DNA of 63,937 nucleotides, counting the filler, from Jimgerdemannia flammicorona (taxonomy: Eukaryota): the NCBI GenBank assembly GCA_003990765.1. It is 3 parts of 3 records of this genome, joined end to end, with 100 filler letters (N's around TTAATTAATTAA, not from the genome) between each part and the next. Parts side by side here need not be neighbours in the genome. Positions count along the whole stretch, not along the records: positions 1 to 21,253 come from RBNJ01001496.1; positions 21,354 to 42,596 come from RBNJ01001498.1; 1 more part is not named here. One strand, given 5' to 3'. Both the position numbers and the translations under genes were made by a program. Below, piece after piece: positions 12,287-26,355 of this stretch (position 1 is the stretch's first letter; every line of letters starts with the position of its first letter). Under the pieces are notes generated by a model. The model saw only the letters and a program-made list of their open reading frames with translations, had not been told where the DNA came from and searched no databases.

Positions 12287-15005
12287 TTTCGCAAAAGTTT
12301 TTATACAAATTTTGCATCGCCGAACGGGTGTTTCATTACCGCACTAGATCGACCTGAGTCAGAACGTGTCGAACATTGTACAGTCGGCTCCGATCTTAAA
12401 ACAAACATCAGGGCCGGTGTCAGTGGCTTGTGATCTGGAAAAAAGAATTCAGCCGGGATGTACCATGTATATTTTGTGCTGAACTGCGGCTGCGGCAGGC
12501 TGGAAAATAACCCGATTTGGAATTCCCCATATAAAACCTTATTTGCCACTTTTTTTTTTTTTTTTTTTTTTTTTCCACTACAATTATCAGAGCATATGAC
12601 GGATGACTGTCAATGGCTCGATAACGTGTTGCGAAACCTACGGAGGTTATTGTTCGCGTGCAACCGCACAGGCACATCTCCGTTTTAGGTTTGAGATCGA
12701 GATTCGGATCAATACAATTACCCAGTATCGGGCTCCGCTACTTAATTAAGTCGAGGTTCCAAGAACAAAAGTGTACCATTCCTGTGGCAATGATCAACAG
12801 CTCAAGGTGCCATAGTTTGAGATCCGGAAGTTCAGCAGCTACGAGAGGGGAGGGACAAGTGTCATAAATGTCATAACAAAGCGCGTGGACATGGCGCCGA
12901 ATGTTATACGCCAACCCCATGCGTTGCGGAGCTCGGTTGTGAAGGAGATGAGGACGGTGGCGAAGCACGGATCATCATTCAACGCCATCAAGATCGATGT
13001 TGCACTCCCGATCTGATCGACTAGGGAACCAGAGGCCCCCTTGCTTCTCCACAATGCCTCGCATATCAAAGCTTTTCAATAGGCTGAAGAACCCCCGAGC
13101 TTCCGTTGCCACCGTGTAATCCGGCCTCTTTCTCGCCCTGTCATCGGGCATACTCTACACAATTACAGACAACCTGCTTCTCACCAGCGCGACGAAATCC
13201 CAGCACGGTCACGCGAACTTTCATGCTGGGCAGCTCGCAGTCCCGACATCCCTTCGAATATGCCACCTGGAGTCCCACGCATTTCCTCCGCTCAGTGCAG
13301 AAGAGCTCACGGACATCTCCAATCCCTGACACAATTTCTTATTCTCGCATACATCAATACACTACAGCCCGCTCGAGGTGGATCGTTCACGCTTTTATGG
13401 AGGACGCCATTCTAAAGTACGCTCGACAGTATACAGGTAATGAGACGGATTTGGCGTGTAGGATTAGCATCTACAAGGATGTGTTAGGGACATTGCGCCT
13501 GTCGGCATCTACTCGGTTGATGGATGCCTCAGTTGGCGAACGTGCTCGATGAAGTGGCGGTGTGATTGGAATACATACGGCTTTATATGATTGCTTTTGC
13601 TAAGCGCTGGTTCGCCACATGTTCGGATGTCGTAGGCTATCCTTTTTAATCATGCATAAATTCAACTTCCTGTTGATTTTATTTGTATAATTATTCATCT
13701 TGCAAATCGGTTACAAAAGTATTCATAATAGTCGCGAAACAGAAAAAAAGAACGTCGCATTTGAGCGACAGAATGTCTCAGGACGGTGCCTTATTACTAT
13801 TATTATTATTATTACAAGGCACATTGGCCATGCCACTATCTGCACTGTTACGTATGAAACAGTTGCATGGTCAAATACTAATATAGCTTACACTGGCGAG
13901 ACATGCAAGCTGGCAGTTCCAGAATATCGGGATACAAATTTCGAATTCAAAAACGGGGGGATTTCACGGGTCAGGGTCAGTTTGAGGATCAGTAATATAA
14001 ACACTTACCACAAAAGCCAGCCAAGCTCGCCAGTGCGCTTCCCGATTTGACTACAAATGACTGCAATCCTCCGAACGATCGCCCCTCATTTGGGCTCTCT
14101 GTGGCAAACCCGGAAAGAAACGGTAACCATTTTTCCTCGGGCAAAATGCCGAAATTCTATCTGGGTACCCAAAGTAAATAAATAGTTTCCGTATGGTTCG
14201 CTGGGGGTGGTATTCGTGGCAAGGTACCGTGATGGTTGAATTGTCCAACTCTACGCCGCCGAGACGTCAGGAGGTTCGTGCGAAAAACAATGTGCTTATG
14301 TTAATGAGTGGAACATTGGTGGTACGGCGTGGCATGGGGGTCGTATGCTAATCCCAATCGAGGAACACTCAGGGTCCACGCGATGGTTTCGGAAAAGGGT
14401 CCACTGCCTGTTTCGTTTGTGTTTAATTGCTATCGTCAGTTGCTGTTGTTTACATAGGTGGTGGTGCAACACCACGAATATTTCGTTACAAGTGGGTAAT
14501 TTCAGTGAATCAGCATGTAGACACGCGGTCTTCTTTTTGAATTGACATTCATGAGTATGCAAATCGCAAGCAGCATACAAAATATCGATCCGAAACAAGC
14601 CCGATTTCTTCGTTCAAATGAGGAGGAAGATAACGACACGATAATCAGTGCGAAGCTGTATGCTGTATGATGGGTCAATCGATCAATCTGGGAAATCTCC
14701 AAAAAAAAAAAAAAAATCCAAACCGAAGCATAATTGTGAAGAATCGAAACAAAATCCATTCATCGATACCGAAAATGATTCCAAAAAGAGTACTTACACT
14801 ATGTGATGAATGTTACATATATACAGTGTATCAAATAGCAATGCTCCTCAAGCATCAATAATGACAAAATCGGAGCTCCTATCAAAATCGCTTCATACAC
14901 ATGGGACCAATCCCACTGGTCATGAAATAAAAAGGATCGTCTGCTGAATGAGATGAAAGACAAAAAAAACAAAAAAAAAAAAAAATCCGACGAGATCCCA
15001 TCAAT

Positions 15006-16298
15006 TCATAGCACCTTTCTCCACCTCCTCAAATCCCCCGAATGGTCCACAAAAAATCTTTGTTTCTCCAACAAAGAACAATAACGTCCGTTATCCATAA
15101 ACCGCGGCAGTTCAATAGTCTTGAGGCTCGGACAAGTCCGCATCAAAAGCTTGATGAACGAGGGCGACACGGGCGACCCCTTCAGATCGATATGATCCAG
15201 CTCGAGCCATTCAAGATTCTCGACGGACTCGCCGCGCAGCTGCCAGCAATTGACAAAGCTGACATGCTTGAGGCGTGGGCAGGAGGAGGCGAGTGCGCGC
15301 AGGACTTCCTCGTTGGCGACGGAGGGATTGTCGATGACGAAGCTCTCGAGGCGCGGGCAGCAAAGAATGAAGACGGGGACCATGGTGGTCTCCATGGTGA
15401 GGTAGCCGTGCATTTCAAACTGGCGGATGGAGGCCGGGTTAGAGAGGGCGGCAAGGATGGAATCGTCCGGGATGAACCAGTCCAGGATTACAATCTCCGG
15501 AGCGGCAATGGTGGAGAGCATGGGGGCCAAGCCCGGATGGAGAGTGATGCTAGGACAGTTGATAAGCTTGACGATCTTGATGTTGGAACAGTAGAGGGCG
15601 AGATGCTGGTAGAAGAGGCTGAGACGCTGCATCCGCGAGTCGCTGACCGTGAAGCTCTCAAAATCAAGGCGGAGCTCACGCAGGGGCCGCATGCTGGCAA
15701 TGATATTCAGTAGACACTCGGCGTTGTCATCAAACTCTAGCTCGACATTCTTAATATTCCGGAAGAGCGTCTCGACACGTATGTGGATGCCGTCCATGAG
15801 CGCGGAGGGCTGGATGCCGAGGTCGCGATTTCGCTGCAGCACGGATTCGAACTCGCGGATGTGGATCATGGATTTTGTCTTGGTGAAGGTGAGATGGAGG
15901 TGCCGGATGAAGGATCGCGCCAGGGTGTTCCAGTCACGACACACCGATGCACATTTGAGGACCTGCGACACCCCGCGCCCGGAAGCCGTGCTCATAGCAT
16001 AAACCCAATCGAAAATGTCCATCCAGAGCTCGCGTGGTAACAAATGCGGACGGGGGAGGACGGCGGAGAGGGGCCGGCTCCTGACGACAAACTCGCGCGG
16101 CCGGCTAGGGACGATGGACAAGGATGCGCGATACGGGAGGTCCTCTGTTGTTTTTGATGCTGTTTTCCCGTATTGTTTGGCGCTGGTGGATGGGGTGGTC
16201 TTTATAAGGGGCGCAGAGCTCGACGGGGTGGGTGATATCTTGCTCCAGTTCGGATGACTTAGCACAGACTTGAATGCGGATTTCATCTTCTTGGACAT
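15006..16298 (-). CDS. F-box / leucine-rich-repeat protein (intronless)
   Basis: F-box LLPRELWMDIFDWV..CASVCRDWNTLA followed by LRR_CC-like repeats (CPRLESFVI, CPRLKHVSFVNC, CPSLKTIEL). Start at MSKKMK (16298) is inferred; the frame is open to 16541. Confidence 0.8.
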   Translation of the reverse strand: MSKKMKSAFKSVLSHPNWSKISPTPSSSAPLIKTTPSTSAKQYGKTASKTTEDLPYRASLSIVPSRPREFVVRSRPLSAVLPRPHLLPRELWMDIFDWVYAMSTASGRGVSQVLKCASVCRDWNTLARSFIRHLHLTFTKTKSMIHIREFESVLQRNRDLGIQPSALMDGIHIRVETLFRNIKNVELEFDDNAECLLNIIASMRPLRELRLDFESFTVSDSRMQRLSLFYQHLALYCSNIKIVKLINCPSITLHPGLAPMLSTIAAPEIVILDWFIPDDSILAALSNPASIRQFEMHGYLTMETTMVPVFILCCPRLESFVIDNPSVANEEVLRALASSCPRLKHVSFVNCWQLRGESVENLEWLELDHIDLKGSPVSPSFIKLLMRTCPSLKTIELPRFMDNGRYCSLLEKQRFFVDHSGDLRRWRKVL

Positions 16299-17329
16299 GG
16301 TTAAGTGGTTACGGGAGGGGGGGATGCGAAAGGAAGGAAGCAAGATATGTTCCGAGCACACGCGGGCTTTTGGTGGCACCGGATCACAAGCCACGGGCTG
16401 ACTGATTAGCAGTGTTCGGTGGGTGAGTGTGTGAGTGGGTGGTGACGCTGATTGTGATGGAATCGTTGATCGTCTGATCGTCTGCATATTCACAAATGAT
16501 GCAACCAGAGCATTGCAGCACCCATGATGTTTGTCGTGCACACCACACCCACACCCACACCCTGTCCACCGTGCAACGCGTGCTATTTTAAACCTAACCG
16601 GGTCCCTCTGTGCGTCGGCGAATCCCCACCATTATCTCTTGTTTATGCTTCATAAACCCAACGTTTCACAAACCAGTTGCCTTTTTTTCCAACATTCCAC
16701 ACTGCCACTACCCTACGCACGCAAGGTTCGCTATTCCGGAATGAACCTTGCCCGACGATCCCATGCACTGTGAGGGCTGGGGCCTACAGGGTGAAGCCCC
16801 TATTCTCGGAAATTGGGTTCCTCATTCAACATCCCGTTCCGCACTACCATTTCTCATCGGCATTGGCTATCAGATCTAAGCAAACTCCGCTCACTACTTA
16901 TTTTAAGCACAAAATGATCATACCATATGTTCATTTCTTACACTACCGACGGCGGACGGTCCGCAGCAAGTTTGGTATGCTGGCTAAGCTGCTCGAAATA
17001 CCGCAAAGAGAAACTGCTCGAAATACCACAAAGAAATTGGAGGTGACTAGCGTCCAGACATCGTTTCAAGGGGCCAAATCAAATGGCAGTGTCAGTGTCA
17101 CAAGGTTCGCTGCACATCATGTTCATTCCATCGACGTTTCGTAGCTCGAGTGGCAGCATAAACTTTTCTATAAATGCTATAGTCCGTGAATGATGGTTGT
17201 TTATATTGCAGCATTTCTTCAGAATGATGTTGTACGGCGGAACTAATGAAGAAAGATACTGGCATGTCCTGAGTGACTCCCTAGCCTCAATCCTCTTCCA
17301 AGCTAAACTATGAGCAATGTCCTTTACAA

Positions 17330-17330
17330 C

Positions 17331-17391
<61 letters not shown>
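17330..17391. repeat. (ATT)n microsatellite
   Basis: About 20 perfect TAT units. Confidence 0.95.
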
Positions 17392-17722
17392 CCTGTAATA
17401 ACCCAGCCTCTGAGTTACTTTCGAACATAGAGTGGCTCACGAGCAATCTGCAGAGGTTGTAGCATGTAATCATGTACCTTCACAGTTAGGCAGTCACCTG
17501 ACATGATGGACGTGGAAGGCCACAGAAGCGAAAGGGAGCAAGAACGTGCGCCATCCATCCATCCAGCCACCGGACCGTATCCCATCGCATCCATCGACAA
17601 TCCATTGACATCCGCCAACCCTACCCGCGACACGAGACACCCATCCCATCCCGCCGACCACATCCTACGTCCGATAGACCCTTCGTATACCCGATCCAAC
17701 CTTTACGACCCTATTCACAACT

Positions 17723-20700
17723 ATGGACCACGCCAACGCCCCAAATGTCAGATCCTTCAATGACAAAGAGAAGCCCACCGAAGTTCGTCTGAGCAACATT
17801 GTCGCCGCTAAAGGTACTCCCCGATCTCCACGTCACCCTCCCCTTGATAGATCTCACCCACCTAAAAGCGACGCGCAAACGCGAAAAGTTTCAGATGACG
17901 CGTCATCTGGCGGAACATGAACGTGGAGGTGCATCATCCTACCCATTCGACCGCGCAGTCCATCATCAACACGAATACATTGCGTCCATTGGTGTCCTTC
18001 GTCATCGCACCTTGGATCACATTCTGTTTTCTCGGCTATTTGCTCACATTTCTATTTGTCAACCTTTCCTGTGATAGCTGTCGGCGATGCCGTGCGCACA
18101 TCCCTTGGTCCCAGGGGCATGGACAAGATGGTGAGCACTGCACACTGAACAGGATCCTACACTGATGTTTTACACGCGTTTCTAAATGACCTTGACACGT
18201 CTTGGTTCCAACGCCCAGATCCAAACATCCAACGGCGAGGTTGTCATCACCAATGACGGTGCCACTATTCTCAAGCACATGTCTGTACTTCACCCCGCCG
18301 CCAGGATGGTACGTTCTTTGAATGCATACGTACAGGATCTCATTGATCTGATTCCGATTCATTGTCTCATCCCGACTTATATGGCACACATCCTTTTGCA
18401 CGTGCAGCTCGTGGATCTGTCTGCTGCCCAGGATGTCGAAGCCGGTGACGGTACGACCTCTGTCGTCGTCCTTTGTGGTAGCCTGTTGTCCGCCGCTGAG
18501 AAGATGCTGAACAAGGGTGCGCTTCTTTACTGTCAATATGTTACAGGTTGGGTTGAGACGCGCATACCGCAATCGCAGTATTAAAACGGAACACGTCGTA
18601 TTTCGCACACTAGGTATCCACCCTACCACGATCGCTGAGTCCTTTCAGAGGGCCGCGCAGAAATCCACGGAATTCTTGACGGAAATGTCGACTAAGATTG
18701 AACTATCGGATAGACAATCCTTGCTCAGGGCCGCTTCCACATCCTTGAGCTCCAAGGTGCGTCACACCTTGTTCTATAAACGTCATTGAATTTTGGCCGA
18801 CATTACCCACTCCCCTCACAGCTCGACCCGATCCATCCAGATCGTCTCCCAATACTCCTCCCTCCTCGCCCCCATCGCCGTCGACGCCGTTCTCCGCGTC
18901 ATCGATCCCCTGACTGCTACCAACGTGGACCTGAAGGACATCCGCGTGATCCAAAAGGTCGGCGGTACCATTGACGATACCGAGCTCGTCGACGGTCTGG
19001 TTATGCCCCAAAACGTGGTCAAGAGCGCTGGCGGACCCACTCGCATGGATAAGGCGAAGATCGCCTTGATCCAGTTCCAGCTATCGCCGCCCAAGCCTGA
19101 TGTGAGTATGGGGTTTTTCTACCTCGTTTGTTTGGGAGTTTTATTATGTGGGATCCTTAATGCTGATTTGGCCTTTGGTTGGAGCCTTTGAAGGGTAACC
19201 TGTTTAACGGGTGGGAAGATAATTGCCAAAAATTCCTATCGATCTGGGCGACCAACTGATCTGAATTTCAATATCGCTGCAACTCGCACAGATGGAGAAC
19301 CAAATCGTCGTGAACGATTACCGCCAGATGGATAAGATCCTGAAGGAGGAGCGCCAGTACCTGCTCAATATGACCAAGAAAATTAAGAAGGCCGGGTGCA
19401 ATGTGCTTCTGATCCAGAAATCGATCCTGCGCGACGCCGTCAACGATCTGTCGCTCCATTTCTTATCCAAGCTGAAGATCATGGTCGTGAAGGATATCGA
19501 GCGTGACGAGGTGGAGTTCATTTGCAAGGTGGGTGGACCCTTGGACACCGATTCCACGTGTGACTCTGGTTGATTGGGCGAATGAGGGGTAGTGAGGGTT
19601 GGCGATCGTTTGACAATGGCAGGGGCGAAACACATATAGTACATAAACGCCCGTGGAAGGCAGGGGATGAGAGAGAATTGACACATCTTAGCTTTACTAG
19701 AGTATTTTTGCCTAATTGTTTACATGATCTTCATTCGTGTTATAGTCTCTCGGCTGCAAGCCCATCGCCGACATCGAGTCCTTTACCGAGGACAAGCTCG
19801 GCAGCGCTGATCTCGTCGACGAGGTCGAGTCCTCCGGCCAACGTGTCGTCAAGATCACGGGCATGAAGAACGCGGGCAAGACCGTCTCAATCCTTTGTCG
19901 CGGTGCTAACTCGCTCGTGCTTGAGGAGTCGGAGCGTTCGCTCCACGATGCTTTGTGTGTGATTCGTTGTCTGGTCAAGAAGAGGTTGGTGGTTTATATT
20001 CACATGTTCAATGAACCGGAATGATTTATTAATTATATTTTGGTGGGTTGGAGTAAAACGAATACGTTGGAAATATGCTTCGGCACTCATTGAAACCGTT
20101 TCCGAACTAAGTTTGTAACCATAATATATATATATAATTCAGGGCTCTTATCGCTGGTGGTGGCGCCCCCGAGATCGAGGTATCACGACGTTTGATGGAT
20201 TACGCCAAGACGCTCAAGGGTATGGAGCAATATTGCTTCTATGCCTTCGCCGAGGCTTTGGAGATTATTCCCACCACGCTCGCCGAGAACGCCGGTTTGA
20301 ATCCTATTGCCATTGTCACTGAGTTGCGGAACAAGCATGCTCTGGGTGAGAAGACGGCCGGCATCAATGTTCGTAAGGTAAGGCCGTAAAAAAAATTGGA
20401 TTAATCGGAGGGGGATGCGCGGTTAATCAGGACAGTATATATGCGAGGACATTATGCGTTTGTGACGACATACAATATTTATGGATCACACCATTTTATG
20501 TATCTGAATGGAGGGAAGAATTGTGCGTGGAGTTCAGCGGATGGCCACGTTCAGTATTTAAAGTAGCATGTTGGGGGGGGGATGTTATATAATGGTGTAA
20601 TTGCGTAATTTATCATTAGCGATCTAGACTTCATTGAAGCCCTTCTAATTCCCATGGATCCACACTTTACCTCTCGCTATAGGGTACGATCACCAACATC

Positions 20701-21053
20701 CTCGAGGAAAACGTCATCCAACCCCTCTTGGTGTCGACGAGCGCGATCGAGTTAGCGGCTGAGACGGTGAAGATGATCCTCAAGATTGACGATCTGGTGA
20801 GCTGGCTATTTATTTCTACGCTTGGCATGGCAAATAGATGTTTTATTGTTTGGGAACGCAGATGGCGGTGAATTCTTCGGGTTTGGGCCATTCTGTCGAG
20901 CAAGTCAATGCGGTAGAGCATCATAAATGGGACGCATTTCGTATCAGACAAATACGAAAAGGATGAAGTTGTGCAACGATATGTAGATTAGAGACACGAT
21001 TGCCCTTTTATTAAAATTTTGTTTGCTTCCATTCACAGGTGCAAACCCGATAA
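17723..21053 (+). CDS. CCT4: T-complex protein 1 subunit delta (multi-exon)
   Basis: [93 protein letters not shown]; final micro-exon VQTR* at 21039-21053. Confidence 0.97.
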
Positions 21054-21253
21054 AGAACAATCCGATACTAGAAACCATAGATTGTCTTCTGTGTCCATTT
21101 ATTCACCGAGTGTAGCATATGGGCGTGAGGTATGGGAGGTTGCAAGGTCTGGCGAGCTGCTTTTCTGATCTGCTTTTCGAATACACACTACGAACAATTT
21201 GTTCATGGCGAGCCGGCGCTGTGGGTGTAAACAAAAAAAATATATTAAAAAAA

Positions 21254-21353
21254 NNNNNNNNNNNNNNNNNNNNNNNNNNNNNNNNNNNNNNNNNNNNTTA
21301 ATTAATTAANNNNNNNNNNNNNNNNNNNNNNNNNNNNNNNNNNNNNNNNNNNN
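21254..21353. other. Artificial contig linker (N44-TTAATTAATTAA-N44)
   Basis: Exactly 100 bp; the central 12-mer places stop codons in all six frames. Confidence 0.95.
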
Positions 21354-22314
21354 AAAAAAAAAAAAAAATCTCGCGGCGAAGAATGAGGCCTTGATATCGA
21401 AGGCATTGACATCTCTGTCAGACTGTCGGATAACACCGAAATAATTGAAAAGTACACTGGCGTGAGGTCGCTTGCAGTTGAAGCCGAGCTGTCCCCCCGG
21501 GTTGAAACCACTCACGGCATAACTACACTACCAGGCGCGAACATATTTTAAACTGACACGACTGTTTGTTGCCCAGCTTGAAGTAAATCAGAATAGGGCA
21601 CAGGAACGGCCCTTCTCTGTCTCTTACGATGGTGTAGTTTCACTATTTCGCGATAACCAGCAACGTTCTCAAGGCCGCCCTCTTCGACATCGAGAAACCT
21701 AGAGCATCTGTACATCCTTGTGCGGTATCCCCTCAAGACGCTCGAACTGCCCGACCTTCATTGAGCTGGTGATTCGCGTGTGCCCGGTTCGACTGGTATG
21801 TCTGGTGTTATGGCTGCAACCGTTAGAGGTATGAGCTGTCGTGTTCTGAGTTTGAATACTGGTGCGCGAGCGCTGTGTGACATTGTTGAACATGGTTGAA
21901 GAGGGAAGAGGAGGAGGTGAATGGATCGATTCTTGGCGAGAGATACATCGATACAGTGGATCGCAATATGATGAAAAGCCGAGGATGACAATCTGGTATG
22001 GTTCACTAATGTGGGGATAGCGTGTGCGCAAGTAACGTGTGTAGCGGTTTGATGGTCGGACGAACATTTATTTGGCTAAATTTCATGGTGATCAGGGTGG
22101 TATTAAATAATTGAAGTATCGTGATTGACTTTGAAAGGACACATTATTGTGGTTACATTGACACCATTGTAGCATTCACGATCGGTGGCTATGATTCGCT
22201 CAGCCGGTCGTACATTGGGATTCAGCTCTACATATTGTAGTATTATTCCAGTGACTCTACTCTAGTAGTTAAACGAGGGAGTCGAAATCATCGTTGCGGG
22301 TTGTCGGCTTTTCG

Positions 22315-22367
<53 letters not shown>

Positions 22368-24573
22368 CCTTTCCTTCTTTAAATTTCGGATGTGGATAAG
22401 GAAGGAAATGAGAGCCGGACGCAATCTAAGATTGCATTAAAAATAAATAACATAGATTATCCATATTTATGACGAACCTTGTTGAATGAGCGTTACTACG
22501 CCTCCCCCAGATCAAGATTAATCGGAATCATCGGAGTATACTCACACACTGGGCATACCAAGATTGCATCTTCGCTAAGCATAGGACGACAAGTGTCACA
22601 ATCGCCACTCCGTATTTTCGGATCCAATGATGGCTGAAACTCAATTGTAAATATGGAATCCTACGATTCGAATATGGGACATACAACGGGAGCTGAATTT
22701 AACCGTGTGGCACAGCAACTGCGATTGGTCGCACATAAAGTATTTCATGAAGTCAATAAATTACCCACAATCCATTTCCCGCATTGGAAAGTTGGAAAAT
22801 CAGATTCCAACCGTGGTTTAGTCTGAAAGTCTAAAGCCCTTTGCACCCTACGCAACCTAAACCTTGAATGACATGACAACTTTGGGGGGGACGGGTGGGG
22901 TACGTGAACTCTCAATGCTTTGGATGCACCAACCTTAAATCTTTTTGATGCTGTTGCGCAAATTGACGCAAATTGACAGGCCAACCGCGAACATGACTCC
23001 AACGGCTCCGCTGAAAACAGTGAACCGTTGATCCAACGGACTGGCATGGAGTTCTCTCGTATTACGTGAAAAAAAATAGAGATGTTTGCAAACTTCCGGA
23101 CAACTACCCCCCTCGGATATCCACTTATATAGAGTGTTTGTGGCATCTGGGCGGTCCGGATACTATCTGTCATATCACGCCAGGCCGCCAGGATCGTTGC
23201 ATCATTCGGTTGTTACGTCATTGGACCCATGTTTGTGCGGGTTTATGTAAGCATGTCCCATGAGTCCAGATCGCCCGGGGGTGGAAGCTTTAGGTATTTG
23301 TTTTCCTATCGGATGCACGGAACTCCCTTCGTGGAAGCCTGCGAAAAACCCCAATGCAAGGATATTAGGAGATAAATGGGCCGGACTGTGATGTGGAGAA
23401 AAAAGGGGTTGTCTACAACGTGATGTAAACATTGGTTAATTATAGTGTGCGTGGCGTGTATCGTGTACATTACAATATCCGATGTGCGGGCTTGGGTCTG
23501 TTTGTTGTGCGAGATTAGGTCCGTTTTGTCGAGACCCTTGAGCAGGTGGATATAAACAATCATTGATCTGTTTATTTGACGTCCATTTCCTTCAGTGTTC
23601 TATTGATCATATCTTGCTCCTTCCTTTTTCACTCCATTCCTCCACGCTATATTTGATCTCGTCCCCTATTTAATTATTGCTTATTTCCGTGATCTCTTTT
23701 TGGAGTATTTAAATGTGATGCTGGTTAATGTGAATTTTCTTTTCGAGATAGACACATAAAACTGATTTCCATGGACCAAAGGGCCATTTCTAGCAGCGAT
23801 CTTTCATTCTCAGCCTTTGGTACATATTTGACAGTTTCATGGCTTTGTTTGTTTCATTTACGATCCTTTTAATTTCTGGTGTCGGCGTTGTCTGAACTGA
23901 GGAAGAGATTTAGAGTTTGAAGGCGATCAGCCCTGTACAACGTGGCACCCATCCCCGACATCTGATCAGTGCGGTAATTTGGGAATGCCTCGTGGTTGTG
24001 CGCCATGTGGAGAACGGGAGCTGGTCCACCATCCCACCGTCAGGTGGCTCTGGGCTCTTGACGCATTTGCAAAGGTTATGTCGAAAGAGTTTGGGGGGGG
24101 TAGGGGAGAAGAGGGTACCTATGAACCATGGACGGGAGAAAATGAAAGGCCCTGAAAAAGTCCAATCGAACCTGTTGGAGGTGGGGCTCCTCTGCGAGCT
24201 GGTGCAGGTGGATCACAACCAACATGGGCTCGAATGCTGGGTTTTGGGACCAGATTTAGGAATTCAGAATTGGATAACATGAGACTCTGTGACTCAATAG
24301 GAATTATGGAGACCACCTGCAGCATACTTATCAGTTGGGAGGCTACCTTTGAAAGGGGGCCAAATCAACTGGCCGGTGGTGCAACACACAACAGGTTTAA
24401 GAGTGGGAGTGCCACAATTTCAGACCGAGCGAGCAGTCACCGCGTCACATCTGGTATTGTGTCAGCAGCAAACCGAGCCGTTACTGGCCCCCCGAAATCT
24501 CGGGGCCAAACATGGGTCACAATTGAAAAATATCTCTTATGGCATGGACTGTGGAACATGAAGAGCTACCACC

Positions 24574-25492
24574 ATGCCGCCTGTCAGATCTGCCTCTCGT
24601 ATGTGGGCTCGTCTCCTCTCCTTCTTCCGATCTCGCTTCCGTGCTGGTGATATGGGTCAAACGTCGTCAAACATATCCTTCCGGGTACGGCGGCTACGCA
24701 GGCGGACACCAAGGCCTCCAGAACAAGATTCATCACTCGCTGATAACGATCGCCCCGTCGCCAGAGATGATAGCGCGTCCTTTCAAGCCTTCAACAAGGA
24801 CCTCCACGACGCTGTGGCAGGGGACACGCCGAATTTCGGATGGCAAGAAACGAGTCAAACGCAGCGAATGCAAAAACAATACATATGGCCGCCGGGGGAG
24901 ACGGAAAGGGAGAGGATGCAGACCCAGCACCAGATCCTAAAGATGGCCTTTGGAGGCCGGTGAGTAAATTTCGTAAGGTGGTTTCAAATATTGGCCTTTG
25001 AGCAAACAAGCATATTTGCTGACTTCCCTACGTATTTCCAGGAGCCATTTTGGCCCGACAGAACAATTTCCTCCAGGTGCCAAGATTCTTGACGTCGGGT
25101 AATTGTATGATTTGCTTTGCGATATCGATTTCTTTGTACTGTACTTCGCTTACCATGATACCGTTTTATCATTCATTTTATCTCTTCTGCAGACGAGGGG
25201 AAATGTTTTGGATGTTGGTAAGAGAGGCTTTATAACCCGTCACTGTTGTTTGTTTCATTCTAAATCTAAAGCTCATCGACATGTCATTTTTTTTCCCACA
25301 AAGGATATGGCCGCAGAATTCCCCGAGGCCGAGCTTCATGTCGTAGATTTTGTCGGCGCCTACACTCACACGGATTTACCCTCCAATATCCAAATCCACA
25401 CCTGTGATGGTAAGGGTGTATTCAATAGTCACTGCTTCCGTTTTGCCAGACGCAAAATCCATAAAAATCGATAATGACCATCTCTCTATCTC

Positions 25493-25561
<69 letters not shown>

Positions 25562-26355
25562 AATTGCAGTGGATATACCCCTCCCGTTTCCCGATAATAC
25601 ATTCGATTACGTTCACCAACGAATGATGAACTTCCATTTAAAGGAAGAAGACTGGCCACGATTAGTTAATGAATACGTATGTATTAATGCTTTTCTTACG
25701 CAATGCTATTTCATACATCTTTTTTAGAATGACATTTACTACGTTATATATATATATATATATATATATTGCTTTCCTACTAAGTAAAGCCGTGCTATTC
25801 AACAGACAACCGCGAACTCATCTTGAACATTATTTTTCCCATATCTAGGCTCGAGTAGCGAAAAGGGGCGCTGTCATTGAGTTGTTCGAACCAGATTCTT
25901 ACATTCATAATCCGGGACCAATGACTGACACTTTCGTCATTGCCAGTTAGTCTCATCGTTATTGTATTACTCGTGCCGTATAATGTTTTTTCCCTTTGGA
26001 AAAATCTCGATTACTGACATCCGTATGTCAAATACTTACAGCCATGTTCGCCGTACGATCTCGGGGAATCAATCCCAGCATTGCGCGACAACTAAAACAG
26101 TTGCTGGAAAGGGCAAAAGTGAGAGACGTAGTGTACGAGATGGTCAGCATCCCACTCGGGGATTATGGTGGTCCGATTGGTACAAGGTGGAAAATTAACA
26201 ATCAAGCGCTCATGAGGGCATCAGCACCCTTCTTGGCAAAAGCGCTGGGCTTCACGCCCGATGAAATGGAGGACAAAGCGCAACAAGTCGAACAGGAGTT
26301 CGAAGAGTTTCGCAGCTATGACAATGTTCGCGTGGCGTATGGGTTTAAGCGATGA
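24574..26355 (+). CDS. SAM-dependent methyltransferase-fold protein (LaeA-like/Methyltransf_23 type, multi-exon)
   Basis: YIWPPGETERERMQTQHQILKMAFGG, GAKILDVG, DMAAEFPEAELHVVDF, PFPDNTFDYVHQR, VIELFEPD, SIPLGDYGGPIG, VAYGFKR*. Start may instead be MGQTSS at 24652. Confidence 0.85.
25510..25558. repeat. Intronic (TG)n microsatellite after a poly-T run
   Basis: About 24 TG units. Confidence 0.95.

Noticed and set aside
12650..13560. GC-richer stretch with several short ORFs
   Set aside because: May be a decayed gene, but no family could be recognised.
15042..15713. 223-aa plus-strand ORF
   Set aside because: Antisense shadow of the GC-rich F-box/LRR gene.
21254..21353. Palindromic TTAATTAATTAA within N runs, repeated at 42641
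   Set aside because: Artificial six-frame-stop linker. Adjacency across it is not biological evidence.
21354..22067. Short minus-strand ORFs at the start of the second piece
   Set aside because: No recognisable domain or coherent splice model.
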